A stretch of 63,113 bases of DNA, filler included, from Asterionella formosa (GCA_002256025.1; 21 parts of 21 records of this genome joined end to end with filler, not necessarily neighbours in it); one strand, 5' to 3'. Positions 10,842-22,589 are shown, counted from the first letter of the whole stretch. Notes: generated by a model from the sequence alone, not told the origin. Numbers and translations are program-made.

Positions 10842-11268
10842 CTTGAGTTTCTTGTCAATTCCTGTGGTTTTTTCATAGGCTTGTAGCGTGTTGTATACTA
10901 TGTAGGTACGGTGCGACGGAAACGGTCTGTTTGGATCTGATTTAGATGCGTGGACATCGTCAAAAGCCTTACTCAATTTAATAATGCTGTTGGTTGGATT
11001 TCGGTCATTTTGGTCTATCTCCATGAGTTTCTTGTCAATTCCTGTGGTTTTTTCATATGCTTGTAGCTTGTTGTATACTGTGCAGGTACGGTGCGACGGA
11101 AACGGTCTGTTTGGATCTGATTTAGATGCGTGGACATCGTCAAAAGCCTTAATCAATATAATGATGCTGTTGGTTGGATTTCGGTCTTTTTGGTTTGTCT
11201 CCATAAGTTTCTTGTCAATTCCTTTGGTCCTCTCATACTATGCTTGTAGTTTGTTGCATACGTTGTAG
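10842..11268. repeat. Tandem repeat, 180-bp unit, about 2.3 copies
   Basis: AGTTTCTTGTCAATTCCT recurs at about 10846, 11026 and 11206. Confidence 0.92.
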
Positions 11269-11399
11269 AGGCAGTGGCGCTGAAACGGACTCAGTTGATG
11301 GTGCAGCTGTAAATATACAATGTCCTCCATGGTGAGAGATGGTACTTACCAGTGCTAGTAGAATCGCTGTGATGGCTGGTACTAGCTTAATTTCTTCTA

Positions 11400-11492
11400 A
11401 TTACATGTGGGTCCTTTGAAAAAATTGTGTATGACTTGACTAATATTACATGTGGGTCCTTTGAAAAAATTGTGTATGACTTGACTAATATA
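11400..11492. repeat. Tandem duplication of about 46 bp
   Basis: ATTACATGTGGGTCCTTTGAAAAAATTGTGTATGACTTGACTAAT occurs twice. Confidence 0.9.
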
Positions 11493-11510
11493 TTATAATC
11501 ATTTTTATAA

Positions 11511-11877
11511 TGGAATGGCTTATCATAGTTGGTTAAGCACGTTGCCTTTGATCTGAGGTTGTGAGGTTCGACTCCCGCAATGTTTTTTGAGAAGGAATTG
11601 CTGGGTTCGACTCCCACACTCCTTACCGTCCTGCACAATCTTGCCTGGTGTGCAAGAAATAGTGGGTTTCCCCCCTACAAGCAGCTTGTGCCGCCTTCCT
11701 GGGCGGTCAGAGTTTCCCCAAATGCTGCGGCTAAGACGATCATCTTTCGTGAAGGGTGGTTGGAGACTCACCTATGCTAACAAAACTAGGGAAGCACAGG
11801 TTTTGTCGGCAGGCAGCACAATGAATACTTGCCTTGAAAAAGGGGAATAGGAATGGGCTATAAAACAGATTTTCATT
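11511..11877 (+). mobile_element. tRNA-derived SINE-like retroposon with an 18-bp target-site duplication
   Basis: A-box-like TAGTTGGTTAAG at about 11526. B boxes GGTTCGACTCC at 11565-11575 and 11604-11614. T-rich tail. Flanking direct repeat TTATAATCATTTTTATAA at 11493-11510 and 11878-11895. Confidence 0.72.
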
Positions 11878-12068
11878 TTATAATCATTTTTATAAAGCAT
11901 TCTTACTAGTTGATTTCTAGATTTGCATTCATTGCGCTCCATGGCCCATATAAGGGGCGGTGGAATTTNNNNNNNNNNNNNNNNNNNNNNNNNNNNNNNN
12001 NNNNNNNNNNNNTTAATTAATTAANNNNNNNNNNNNNNNNNNNNNNNNNNNNNNNNNNNNNNNNNNNN

Positions 12069-12697
12069 GTCGGGCGGTTGATGGTGGCTAGGAAGCCGTC
12101 AATAGCACCAACACATCCTCTCATCATGCCCTCTGAGCTTTTGCATTCAAAGCTGGAAGCCAATTTGATAAATTCTTCTTGTTCTTTTGGAAAAACAATT
12201 TCGAGTTCTCCACAGTTTAGTACAGCATCAATGAATAGATCACGACATCGATAAAGTGAAGCAATGCTACAACCGTAGGCATGACGAATGTCGATGTAAC
12301 TGCCACCAGCCAGCCATCGCAAACCAATGGCTACCACAATTTCGGGAATTATGGGCTCAGAAGTGCCACATTTGGAATAATTCCCTGCAATCTGAATTTC
12401 CAGCATGGAGGTGAGTTTTTTGAATGCTCTGTGTGACATTCTGTATGTCTTCTCGAAAGCAATCTCGTGATTGAGTTTCTCGACATGTGATTGCCAGGAG
12501 ATTCTTTCGTGGTGCCACTTGTGCCTTCGTTGTCGTCGTCGTTCAGATGACTGAAGCTGCCGTTTACAGCGTCGCCTTTGTCGTTTGGATGAGTGTTCTT
12601 TTTCCTCTGCTTCCTTAGCTAAATGACAGAGGAAGAAGAAATCAAGATCACTATTGTCATCGTCATTATCATCAAGTAAATCAAATGGTGACGACAT
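12069..12697 (-). CDS. PIF/Harbinger (DDE_Tnp_4-type) transposase, N-terminal part
   Basis: Motifs F..YRMS...FKKL, VAIGLRWLAGGSYIDI and GCVGAIDG (first catalytic Asp). Runs into the spacer. Confidence 0.88.
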
Positions 12698-12991
12698 GAT
12701 TCATGCAAATGTGTGTTTTTAATATAATATTTAGTTTCCCGGTAATTATATTTTGTTGTTGCTTGATATCAAGACCATCATTATATTCCGGAGGGATATA
12801 CACATGATCTTCGCCAGCATGTTGCCGTTGAAGATCCATGTTACTCCATGATACAATGTGATCACAAATTAGTGATACAGTGACACTTTTGGAAAGAATG
12901 AAATTCAGTTCAAATCGAGTTACCGTTGCTAATACATTTTCAAAAAAATTCAAATTCCGTGATACACGAAAAAAAATGATAAGAACGGCCC
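12069..12991 (-). mobile_element. PIF/Harbinger element, 5' end
   Basis: The minus strand reads TAA|GGGCCGTTCTTATC at 12994-12978, matching the Harbinger G-rich terminus and TAA/TTA target. Confidence 0.6.
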
Positions 12992-13133
12992 TTAGGCTGG
13001 GAGGTACGGGTAACTCCGTACTTCCTCGATAGCTACGTGGAAAATTCCTTATCTATATCTTGCACAGACCTCGCTTTTTTTTCAAACATATTGCAAAATT
13101 ATAGTTGCGCGTTCTTCTGCGAAGTTCGCGAGC

Positions 13134-13250
13134 CCGTATACATCATTGTCCTGGACCCCCCTGTACATTTTTTTTCGAGGTGGCACCAAACACCCATTAA
13201 TTTTCTAGACATCATAGACAAAGTAATGTGCTATAATTCTGATTTTTGTG
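13134..13250 (-). mobile_element. Right end of the CCGTATAC Tc1/pogo-like TIR family
   Basis: CCGTATACATCATTGTCCTGGACCCCCC plus subterminal sequence matches the reverse complement of about 39700-39828. Confidence 0.85.
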
Positions 13251-13321
13251 GCGGAAATTGAATGACGCTACTTTTATAAACTACCGGTAATATCGTTACT
13301 ACCAATGCATACTACATATTA

Positions 13322-13630
13322 ATGATGTCAACAACAAGATCAGCACCAATCAACAGCCGCCAAGATGGGGAGTTGCTTGGACTGAATGCTCCAGCAATGG
13401 GCGCTCATGTGAGCAACATGAATGCTGTGGGAAAGCGGTTAAGGCTGATGATGTGATCAGGTTCAAGCTGGCTGTTGTGGAGGATGTATTGGGCAAGCCA
13501 TTGGAGACGATCAAGGCTGTCTTCATCAAGGACGGCTTGGAACTTTGCACTGTTAGGTTTCTGGGCAGAGAAGTTGCAGCATTGCCTTCACAACGGAGCA
13601 AGTACATCGACAAGTTTGCGCAGGTGCTGA
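13322..13630 (+). pseudogene. Small Cys/His protein remnant (HIRAN-like), frameshifted and truncated
   Basis: Reads MMSTTRSAPINSRQDGELLGLNA[fs]SSNGRSCEQHECCGKAV..DDVIRFKL..IKAVFIKDG.ELCTV.FLGRE. Homologous to 23270-23540 and 57211-57620. Confidence 0.65.
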
Positions 13631-13633
13631 AGG

Positions 13634-13783
13634 CAATACCCTTCTCGGCGGCTACTTGCCTTCTCGTATACATGTGTACTCGACTGGGATGGCGGGCGCC
13701 ACTCGTACGGTCAACCTACTCGTGCCATCCCAGTCGAGTACACATGTATACGAGAAGGCAAGTAGCCGCCGAGAAGGGTATTG
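13634..13783. repeat. Perfect 60-bp inverted repeat with a 30-bp loop (fold-back mini-element)
   Basis: 13634-13693 is the exact reverse complement of 13724-13783. A decayed copy lies at about 45634-45765. Confidence 0.95.
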
Positions 13784-14560
13784 TTGAGGCAATTCCCGCT
13801 CTAGCTATCGTCGCGTCATTCGCTTACCTACTGCCCATAAATTTAGCATAAATGTCAATTTTAGCCTACTATTGCCCATCATATAAAATATATTTTGCAT
13901 ATTTCCTATCTTCACCTCGAAAATTGCCAAAGGTCCGATATTGCCCATCATTAAAATATATTTTGTATATTTCATATGTTCGCATTTTGGCAAGACAACA
14001 GACACCAATTGCCCCTCGGTTTTCTAGCCCTGGGATTGCCGAAATCGGCAAGGGGTCTACTTAAGGAAACCATTTTATATACTATTCAGATTCTAATAAT
14101 TTATATCTAGAATTCACCTCGTTTTTGTTCGTCTCCTGAAAAGTGGACTCCGGCAATTCACCTTTCACCATGCCAATCGTCGTCCATCATGACCGGTTTG
14201 AAGCGAAATCAGGTCCGTGATGACGCCAGTAGCGATTCTTTGCCTAACGGATGCGGTTGATTGTTGGATTGCTTGTCTTCTCGAGGTATTCATGTAGTCG
14301 CATCGTCCATATTTCGTCGGACGCACGATGATATCGATACATCTGATGTTGGTGGCAAGTTTTTGCTCCGGTCATGTATGTAATGATGCTTAACGGATAT
14401 TCTACCGGTACCGGCAGTCATCTAGTCTACATACGTACGTGGTACTAAAAACAACCATGCATGCTTTAACGCTTACTTTGAACACGTTATAATATTATCT
14501 CTGTAGACTCGGTATTATTTTTACGAGACCTGAAATGTTGAATTATATCGTTCACATATG
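13784..14560 (+). repeat. Interspersed composite repeat containing the hairpin TTGCCGAAATCGGCAA
   Basis: 13784-14064 matches 45766-46046, and 13930-14560 matches about 21355-21985. Confidence 0.88.
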
Positions 14561-15085
14561 TTAAAGTATTACCTTTTGTATAGATCTATATCGTTAGACA
14601 AAGAAGACTATAGATAGAGACGTTCGTTTCTCTTTCCGTTTCTATATTCTTATTGTGAGTTTACTAATCTAGTTTAGGTTGTTCTGTTTGAACAAAACAA
14701 ACGAACTATTCTCCAAATGCTGTTTGCATTTCTAGGAACATACAATCATAGATAGACCCATGTCTATCTCACACTTACTGATCATAGGTATTTAACCATG
14801 ATCATTCATTTCAAACTATCGGTCTTCCGAAATAGCTTATGTTGTCCGGTTCATTATAGTCGGAGTAGCAAAGTATAATGTGTGGTTGATGAGAGCTTGG
14901 TACATCAAAGTGGACTCATTCGAATCGTTTGACTCGTTTGACTCCGAGTCCTAACTACGTAGATGAGCTCACTTTAACACTCTNNNNNNNNNNNNNNNNN
15001 NNNNNNNNNNNNNNNNNNNNNNNNNNNTTAATTAATTAANNNNNNNNNNNNNNNNNNNNNNNNNNNNNNNNNNNNNNNNNNNNGT

Positions 15086-16918
15086 GGCGCTGCCGCAAAG
15101 CCAGTCCCTGTCAAGTCTTGCTTCGGAGGTCTAACCATGTATAGAGCAAGCAAGTGGCTTGACCAACGCTGCTCATACAAGAACCAAAAACCTGGTATCA
15201 ACGCAAAGTATGCCAACCGTTTCGACAATGCCCCTTGCGAGCACGTTGTTTTCCACAACTGCCTCCAAGAGGTCGATCCTAAGGTCGTTGTTGCGGTTCA
15301 ACCAGATATGCATACTTTATGGCGAACTTCAGCCGGTCCTCAGTATGCACTATCCAATTATTCCGATATTGCCGCTGATTTCCTCCGCAAGCGCCTCAAG
15401 CTCGTACCATCAAGTGCTCACGATTTCCGTCACTTGCAAGTTACAATTGAAAGCGCATCATTGAACGAAACAACTAGCAATAACTCTACCAACTCAACTA
15501 GATTTATGGTCGCTTCCATGCTTGAAGTGGTCCAAGAAATATTCAACGTACATTGTCCCGACTGCACTGAAATCCCACCGGAGAGGCGTTTGGCTGGAAC
15601 GAACGAGTTGATCCGCTTCCTCTACGAAGGACCTGCTGATTGCGTAAATACTACGGCAAACTGCACTACCGGTACCCGATCCATCGCGGAAATCATTAAA
15701 TTTGAATTTGTTGTTGCAAACAATAGTAGCATTGGGAACGGAACAAACACGACAACTGGATCTGCTCGAGACCTTGAGCGCGGTAAAACATCAGAGTTAG
15801 ATTTTCAAATGCTCACTGTCAGAAGCAACGCGGCAGAAACGAACATGAATCAGCTTGGTAAAACATCTGAGTCAGATCTTGATATTCTCACTGTCAGCAG
15901 TGACGCGGCTGAGATGAACAGGAATCTTAAGCTTGATTTCTTCATTGCCGGATTTCCAAAGTGCGGAACCACTTCCTTGCTTTTCGCTTTCAATAGCAAC
16001 CCAGAAACAGCCGTAGGGGAGAACGAGCATTGCTCGATTGCAAGCGATGGCCTTTCTGATGAAGCGGCATTGGAACAGTTAGACCACGAGCTTTCTCAGC
16101 TAACCCAAGACTCGTCTGTCAAGCGTGGACTGAAATGCCCTCTCGGAATCTCCAATTATAATGCCCTTCACCGCCTTGCACAACATTCTCCGGAGACAAA
16201 GCTACTTATTGGATTACGTCACCCTGTCGAGTATTTCCAATCGTACTACAACTACCGAATTACTGAGATGTACGACAAAAATCTTCCTCTTGACGAAATA
16301 CCTGCAATTGAATCTCTTGTTGGGCGAAATGAATGGAAAGGAGTATCCACTGATACCGCACGCTTCGAGCTATACTTGATGCAACTTAGCAAAACCGACG
16401 TATCTGCTGCAGAAATCATTGAAATATCAGAACGGTCAAACTTGGCTTTCAAGACAAACAAGTTCAAGGTATTTCTGTACACGCTTGCCCAAATGGAAGA
16501 CGAGACCGAAGAACGAAAATCTAAGTTCAAGTATCAGATGAGCAGCTTTCTCAGTCTTGAAAAACCATTGGAAATGGAACAGCGCAACAAAAATAATTTT
16601 GTTGGAGACCATGCTCACAAGGAAACGGTGGATATCTGTGAATCCAAGTATGACGGTCTAAGAGCATTGCTCATCGAGCAAGGAAAGTACACGCAAAAGT
16701 GGATTCGGGAGGAGTTTATCCGAAGTCCCGATGTATTCATTGCCAATGAGGACCATTTCTTAGCTATGATTGATACATGGAACAATGATCCTTGCCACAA
16801 CGACATAGTTGGCGACAACAACAGCATTGGTGCTGGAAATTGGACCGGACGATTATGGCTGTATATCACAGAACTCATCATGTATCTCATAACCATGATT
16901 GATACCATTTTCCGTTAG
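15086..16918 (+). CDS. Sulfotransferase-domain protein with an N-terminal glycosyltransferase-like segment (5' partial)
   Basis: Frame is open from the contig start. N-terminal PVPVKSCFGGLTMYR...CEHVVFHNCL. PAPS-binding loop LDFFIAGFPKCGTTSL and 3'-PB-like LRHPV.YFQSYYNYR. Hydrophobic C-terminus. Confidence 0.85.
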   Translation, partial: GAAAKPVPVKSCFGGLTMYRASKWLDQRCSYKNQKPGINAKYANRFDNAPCEHVVFHNCLQEVDPKVVVAVQPDMHTLWRTSAGPQYALSNYSDIAADFLRKRLKLVPSSAHDFRHLQVTIESASLNETTSNNSTNSTRFMVASMLEVVQEIFNVHCPDCTEIPPERRLAGTNELIRFLYEGPADCVNTTANCTTGTRSIAEIIKFEFVVANNSSIGNGTNTTTGSARDLERGKTSELDFQMLTVRSNAAETNMNQLGKTSESDLDILTVSSDAAEMNRNLKLDFFIAGFPKCGTTSLLFAFNSNPETAVGENEHCSIASDGLSDEAALEQLDHELSQLTQDSSVKRGLKCPLGISNYNALHRLAQHSPETKLLIGLRHPVEYFQSYYNYRITEMYDKNLPLDEIPAIESLVGRNEWKGVSTDTARFELYLMQLSKTDVSAAEIIEISERSNLAFKTNKFKVFLYTLAQMEDETEERKSKFKYQMSSFLSLEKPLEMEQRNKNNFVGDHAHKETVDICESKYDGLRALLIEQGKYTQKWIREEFIRSPDVFIANEDHFLAMIDTWNNDPCHNDIVGDNNSIGAGNWTGRLWLYITELIMYLITMIDTIFR

Positions 16919-18097
16919 GAGAAAATACCATTTGGATAAATAGCAGCAAGCAGCAGACACAATTTACTCATTCTGGAGCGAAGTGTATAAATTGAAATTG
17001 GTCCTTGCAGAAAAGAAAGGATTTAGATAAAGGAAAAAGGTAAAGGAACGTTCATTTACACTTGATGGAATGGACTGCACAAGGGCTGTCAGGTAACAAC
17101 AACAACAACGAGTTGCTACTTCTGGAGTCAGGTAGGGAGGAGAAAAATCGAGTCTGGTCATTTGAGAGGGTTTTTTTTAATTCAGAGAATGTTCGTATAC
17201 GTGCACTTGACGGAATATACTTTAGTGCACAACGAATGTCAAGGGGTGCCAAGTGATTTCGAGATGCAATTATTATTTGTTTCGGATTGTGAAGTATGCG
17301 CAGAAAAGAGGATACCGATGACTCATTTGAGCAATGAATTCAATAATTTTATGTTGTGTGAAAAAATATGTGTAACTTTATGCAATAAATAAAATAAAAT
17401 AGGACCATTTAATTTAATCATCAATCAGTTAAGCTAGTCTATGCTCCATCATCTTGCTGCTGTTCATCAAGCATATCAGCTGCTGTTCATAGAACGGATT
17501 GAAGGTGTAGATGTAATCGGGATTGTAGATATGGACACTCAATGCCGTCGAGCAGCAAAGTGCTGTGGATATGCATGTTTTGCCCAAGAACCGGGTTCCA
17601 CAGTTGAAATAAATCTGGGGTGGAACATCAAATCGACGTGACAACAGGACATGAGTAAGATTGGATTGGAGGCGATGGATATTTGTGAAATTATCTCGCT
17701 TGTGATTAACTTTTACGTACGGAGAGCCAGAAGTTTGAGATTATTGTGGGGAGATTGGGCAGGTTTTACCAAGGCGTGGCTCCCCATTATTTGGCATCTA
17801 CGGGTCGTCTTGGTCACTTGTTCATAGCGTCCCTTGCTCAGTATCAATACCAACTAACTGAAGACCCTGCATTTCTTTCTTGTGCTCTGCATCTGTAGCG
17901 AGCCGATCGAGGAATGCATTGTGACCCCTTCCGCAAAACCAGAGTCCCAGGTTAAATATCGCAACCAATCCCGTAACATATCCAGCACCTTCATAGANNN
18001 NNNNNNNNNNNNNNNNNNNNNNNNNNNNNNNNNNNNNNNNNTTAATTAATTAANNNNNNNNNNNNNNNNNNNNNNNNNNNNNNNNNNNNNNNNNNNN

Positions 18098-18263
18098 CCG
18101 ATTCTGAATGGGCATACTTGCCATCGAGTCCCAGAGCCTTTTGGGCGGCCAGCTTTTCTTCTTCTTCTTCTTGCGAGTGATCGTTGACGAGAGAGGCAGT
18201 TTTCTTGTCCCATTCGGAGTAGTTGGTTCTCCCAGCAACGCCGCTTGAGATTGATGTTGTCAT
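18098..18263 (-). CDS. N-terminus of a hypothetical protein (3' partial)
   Basis: ATG after an AT-rich upstream region. TNYSEWDKK followed by an acidic helix, open into the spacer. Confidence 0.55.
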
Positions 18264-21200
18264 GGTAACTTGTTGTGGATTGTTTATTGATTAAATTGTA
18301 ATTGAATGATATGAGATAGGAAAATAAAATGACTTTCGTTTCTTCTGGAATCAAAAGTTATATGTAAACCGTATATTTATACAGGTACCCGTATAAATTA
18401 TACATGCATCAATCACACCAATGCCTGTTATAAATTGCATCCTGCTTGAGAAATATGCTTGAGCACGAATGCGTGTGTGTTATTAACAGCGAACGAAATA
18501 AGACTGGATGAACAGTACGTACGTCAATACGTCAGCGCAGCTCACGTCAACTGAGTCGCAGAAGTGTTCCATATTCCCTCTCTGTGATGTCGTTGCTTCA
18601 TCCATCATACTAGCACCTGGTAGTCACAACATGATCAGCAACTATCCTGGGTTCACCTTCTAACTTTTGCGAACCCTTCTGTATGCAGAACAAATATGAA
18701 TTGTCTAGTTCCATGAGACAACAATGCATGTGAAAGGTGGTGTGTTGGTTCGATTACTCCTAGTATTACCTGGCCGGTACTCAGAGTAGTATGTTTAGGC
18801 AAGTAAAATGCTGAATAGTGAACATGTGGATTGCTTAGCTAGGTATTCTTTGGTCAGCATCATTGGTGTGTCATATTGGCTACTATCACCAAAGAGAACC
18901 AGCTAAAAATAGATGCCTTTTGAAAAATAAAAGCTCAAGTTTGAGGCATAGCTACCCTGATTTATTTCGAGCTGTCAACCCCCCTATAGGATACAAATAG
19001 GCATACTTATAGGAGCAAAACATGGTGTATCTTATAGAGAGGTTCTAGACTACTGCAGACAGCATCTAGTATATTGCAGAATAATAAGCAAAGGAGAGAG
19101 TAAGATCATTCCAGGGCACTAGTAGCTACTTGAGCAAGCAAGGAAGATACGCCCCTAATTTAACATACTACTTTAGTTCTATGAGTTTGATGAGAATAAT
19201 ACTCATGTTAATTCATCTATTATTGTTTCTATACTACTACTATATCTACACTTATTTTACAACAGTCAGGAAGTTCAATCCAAACACCTTTTCCCAATGG
19301 TCTACAGAAAACTCGGATTAAAAACTAGAAGATTGTGGGCTCGTGATGCGGCCATAATGCCTTGATCCTTTAATCTGGTGAGAATGGAGTCAACTTCCAA
19401 GAACTTTTCCACCAACTATTCGACTTCATCCCATCGGCACTGACATTCAGGGCAATCATAATTGCAGTAGATGCAATCCTCACATCTCAAGCAGCTCAGG
19501 TTAGACAATGCACGACATGCGGAAGGATTCCCAGGATTGTTGGATACACTGAAATGAGGAATTATATGGTAAAACGGAGGAGGAACAATTTGCTAAAATG
19601 ATGAAAGAAGTCGATGATAAGATCAGAGTACAATATGAAAAGCAAAGATCAAGGGAAAGTATGTTCGGAGGATAAAAATCCTTTTTTCTTCTCCCCGTAG
19701 ATGTACAAATCAGGCGTCATACACTCCAACACAAACATCAATGGGTACTATCAGTAGATATGGCGGGCAACACATGGCACAGGACAAGAAAGCAAGGAGT
19801 CATTGACAGAGATCGGCTTCGCCTCGCCCTGTTATCATGGCATAAGACCACGAATGCATAAGAAATCCACATACAAGTGATTGAGTGACGTTGGTTGGCA
19901 CTAGTGCAATTTTTAGTTAGTTTAAATGTACCTTTAAATATTAGTTGTGAAACATAGATGTAATCCTCACATCCCTCCACACCTTGCTTACTCTACAATC
20001 AACCAGTCTTGGCATCGCTCATGTAGGACAACTATCATGACTGTAGTTGAATTTGTAATTTTGCCGTTGTCATCATGGTGATGTGTGATTGGGCTCATGG
20101 TTGGTTGCTGCGTTTTTTGTTTCATACTCATCAACAATATTTGCCATGCCGCCAGCTTTTATGACATATTTATGTTGATTGTATTCTTATAGGGTATATA
20201 AATAGCGATGAAGAATGTCTACATACAAAATAGTGAATTCGAAAAGGATTCTATGTACGAACCAACGCGCAAATTTCTACTGCTTTATATATTCCAAATG
20301 GAATCATGTCATTCAAAATTGGCACATAAAAAAATTCTTAGTTCCAGGGGATTTCGGCAACCCTAAGCAATATTTTAATATTTGCCTTAGGGTTGAAATA
20401 CAGGAAATACTGTGTATTGATACATGAGCGACGATACATGTACATAATGGACATCACATACAGCTGCTATAATGAACGAAGAATAATAATTTGTCCGAGT
20501 CTTTTTGTTCCTACGACTTGTTCTGCCAGCGTTTTGAACGGTTTTGACAAACGACGGACATCACCTATAGATCTTGGGGAGGAGCTGTTGCCTATACACG
20601 ATTTTGCCTCAGTAAGTTGAGGTTACGCATCAGGCCTACACCACATGTATAACAAATACCCGGTATAGTATATATACCGGTAAACAGGTAATATGGAATT
20701 ATAACAAAGATCTTATTTTCAAATGGCCTTTTCGGTGATGAGTACAAGGGAGCAGTTCTAAAATAGGTAAACCGCATGTCAAAGAATACCGAATCGTCCT
20801 TATCATTGAAAAGTTGCTTTGTTCGATCAAGAAGTCTTGCTGAGCCCGCCCGAGAAAGAAGGACAGGCAAACTTCTTGTTTACGGCTTTGACGAGATTGC
20901 TTCATAATAGCTGCGATGTTCCATGACTCTCTTCCTGAGTAGCCCTGAATAAACGATATTGCTCTTTTTGTCACGGTTTCCCTGGCTCTTAGAAAGTTGA
21001 TGTTTGAGCCNNNNNNNNNNNNNNNNNNNNNNNNNNNNNNNNNNNNNNNNNNNNTTAATTAATTAANNNNNNNNNNNNNNNNNNNNNNNNNNNNNNNNNN
21101 NNNNNNNNNNAGCAAAATTACATTACTTGAACTGGTACATTATCCTACCAAGAAATTCGAATACAGGAATCAAATAGAAACAATACATATAATAATTAAA

Positions 21201-22589
21201 TATATGTAGTCAAAAGGGTTACTATTTAAATTACAAAGGCATTTATCAAAATTATTAGATGATATAACGAAAAATTATGATCAGATGATCACAATCCTAT
21301 GATGCATCATGGAAATATGATAGTTTTTATTTACAGACGATGGAATGTTGCAATGGGTCTGATATTTCCCACCATCATTAAAAACTGTTTTACATATTTC
21401 ACAAGTTCTTATATTGGCAAAACAATTTTACGCCCATTGCCCCTCGGTTTTCCAGCCCCGGCCGGGATTGCCGAAATCGGCAAGGGGTCTACTTACGGAA
21501 AGCATTTTATATACTCTACAGATTTGATTTAAATATGTCTAGTATTCACCTCGTTTTTGTTTGTTGCCTGAAAAGTGACTCCGGCAATTCACCTTTCACC
21601 ATGCCGATCATTGTCCATCATGACCAGTCTGAAGCGAAATAAGTTCAGTGATGATGTCAGTAGCGGTTCGTTGTCGAACGGATGCGGTTGGTTGTTGGAT
21701 TTTTTGACTTCTCGTGGGATTCATGTAGTTGCATCATCCATATTCCTTTGGACAAACAATGATATCGATGTATCTGATGTTGGCGGCAAGTGTTTGCTCT
21801 GGTCATGTATGTGAAGCTTAACTGATACTCTAGTCATCTAGTCTGCATATGTACGTGGTACTCAAAACAACCCTACATGGTTTAAGCTAGACTTTAACGC
21901 TTACTTTGAACACGTTTCAACATTTATGCTGCAGACTCGGTAATATTTTTACGAGACCAGAATGTTAAATTAAATCGTTCACATATCAATTGATTCTACG
22001 TATTTCCGATTTCGTCCTCACAATTACAATTATCACTCTATCCTGACTGCCGTTGCTCAATTTTGGGCTTGCAACAGGCAGCTTTCTTCGTCTTTCTTTG
22101 ATCTCATCTTCTGCTGCTTGTTGTGCGATGTTCATGGTTGCAGCAACCAGATCATCTACACTACATGACGATGCAGATTTCAATTGGGTTCAGCTTTTTT
22201 CTTCTTTTTCTGTTTCATTTCGCTCTTCGATGGTGCGATGGAAAGTCATTGTTGCCTGTGTAAGCGTTACAATGCATATGTCTCCAATGAAATTCCTGTT
22301 TTTTACTGTATATCACCAAACCCAAACCAATATTGGCTATTTCTCATTTGACGCTACTTATTTCATTGCATAACATACTTTAGTTGCTCCAAACATCATG
22401 TTCAATTTTCATTGATATTGCATGTTACAATCATTCTCATGTGTCTAATGCTTGTTTTGCCATTTCTATGTATATTTCCGTTATTCTGGCCGTCATGCTG
22501 AAATCGGCATCTTTATTGCCGAAAAATTCGATGTGCTGAATATTTCCCCTAAATAAAAATTACTTAAAGCCTAGAAATCACTTAAGATA

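Noticed and set aside
10842..11268. CRISPR array
   Set aside because: Whole 180-bp units repeat with no unique spacers, there are no cas genes, and the context is eukaryotic.
11515..11582. Functional tRNA gene
   Set aside because: No convincing acceptor-stem pairing. It lies at the head of a TSD-flanked insert, so it is better explained as a SINE head.
14035..14064. Helitron/Helentron 3' end (hairpin TTGCCGAAATCGGCAA followed by GGGGTCTAC)
   Set aside because: Homology continues about 500 bp past this point between the 14 kb and 21.5 kb copies. The break in the 46 kb copy is explained by a TTAA insertion, so a terminus is not established.
17430..17997. LINE 3'-end remnant on the minus strand
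   Set aside because: Only vague motif resemblance across broken frames; not supportable by eye.
19330..19680. hAT dimerisation-domain remnant (DPLIW..FP)
   Set aside because: Too many stops and frameshifts to support without an alignment.
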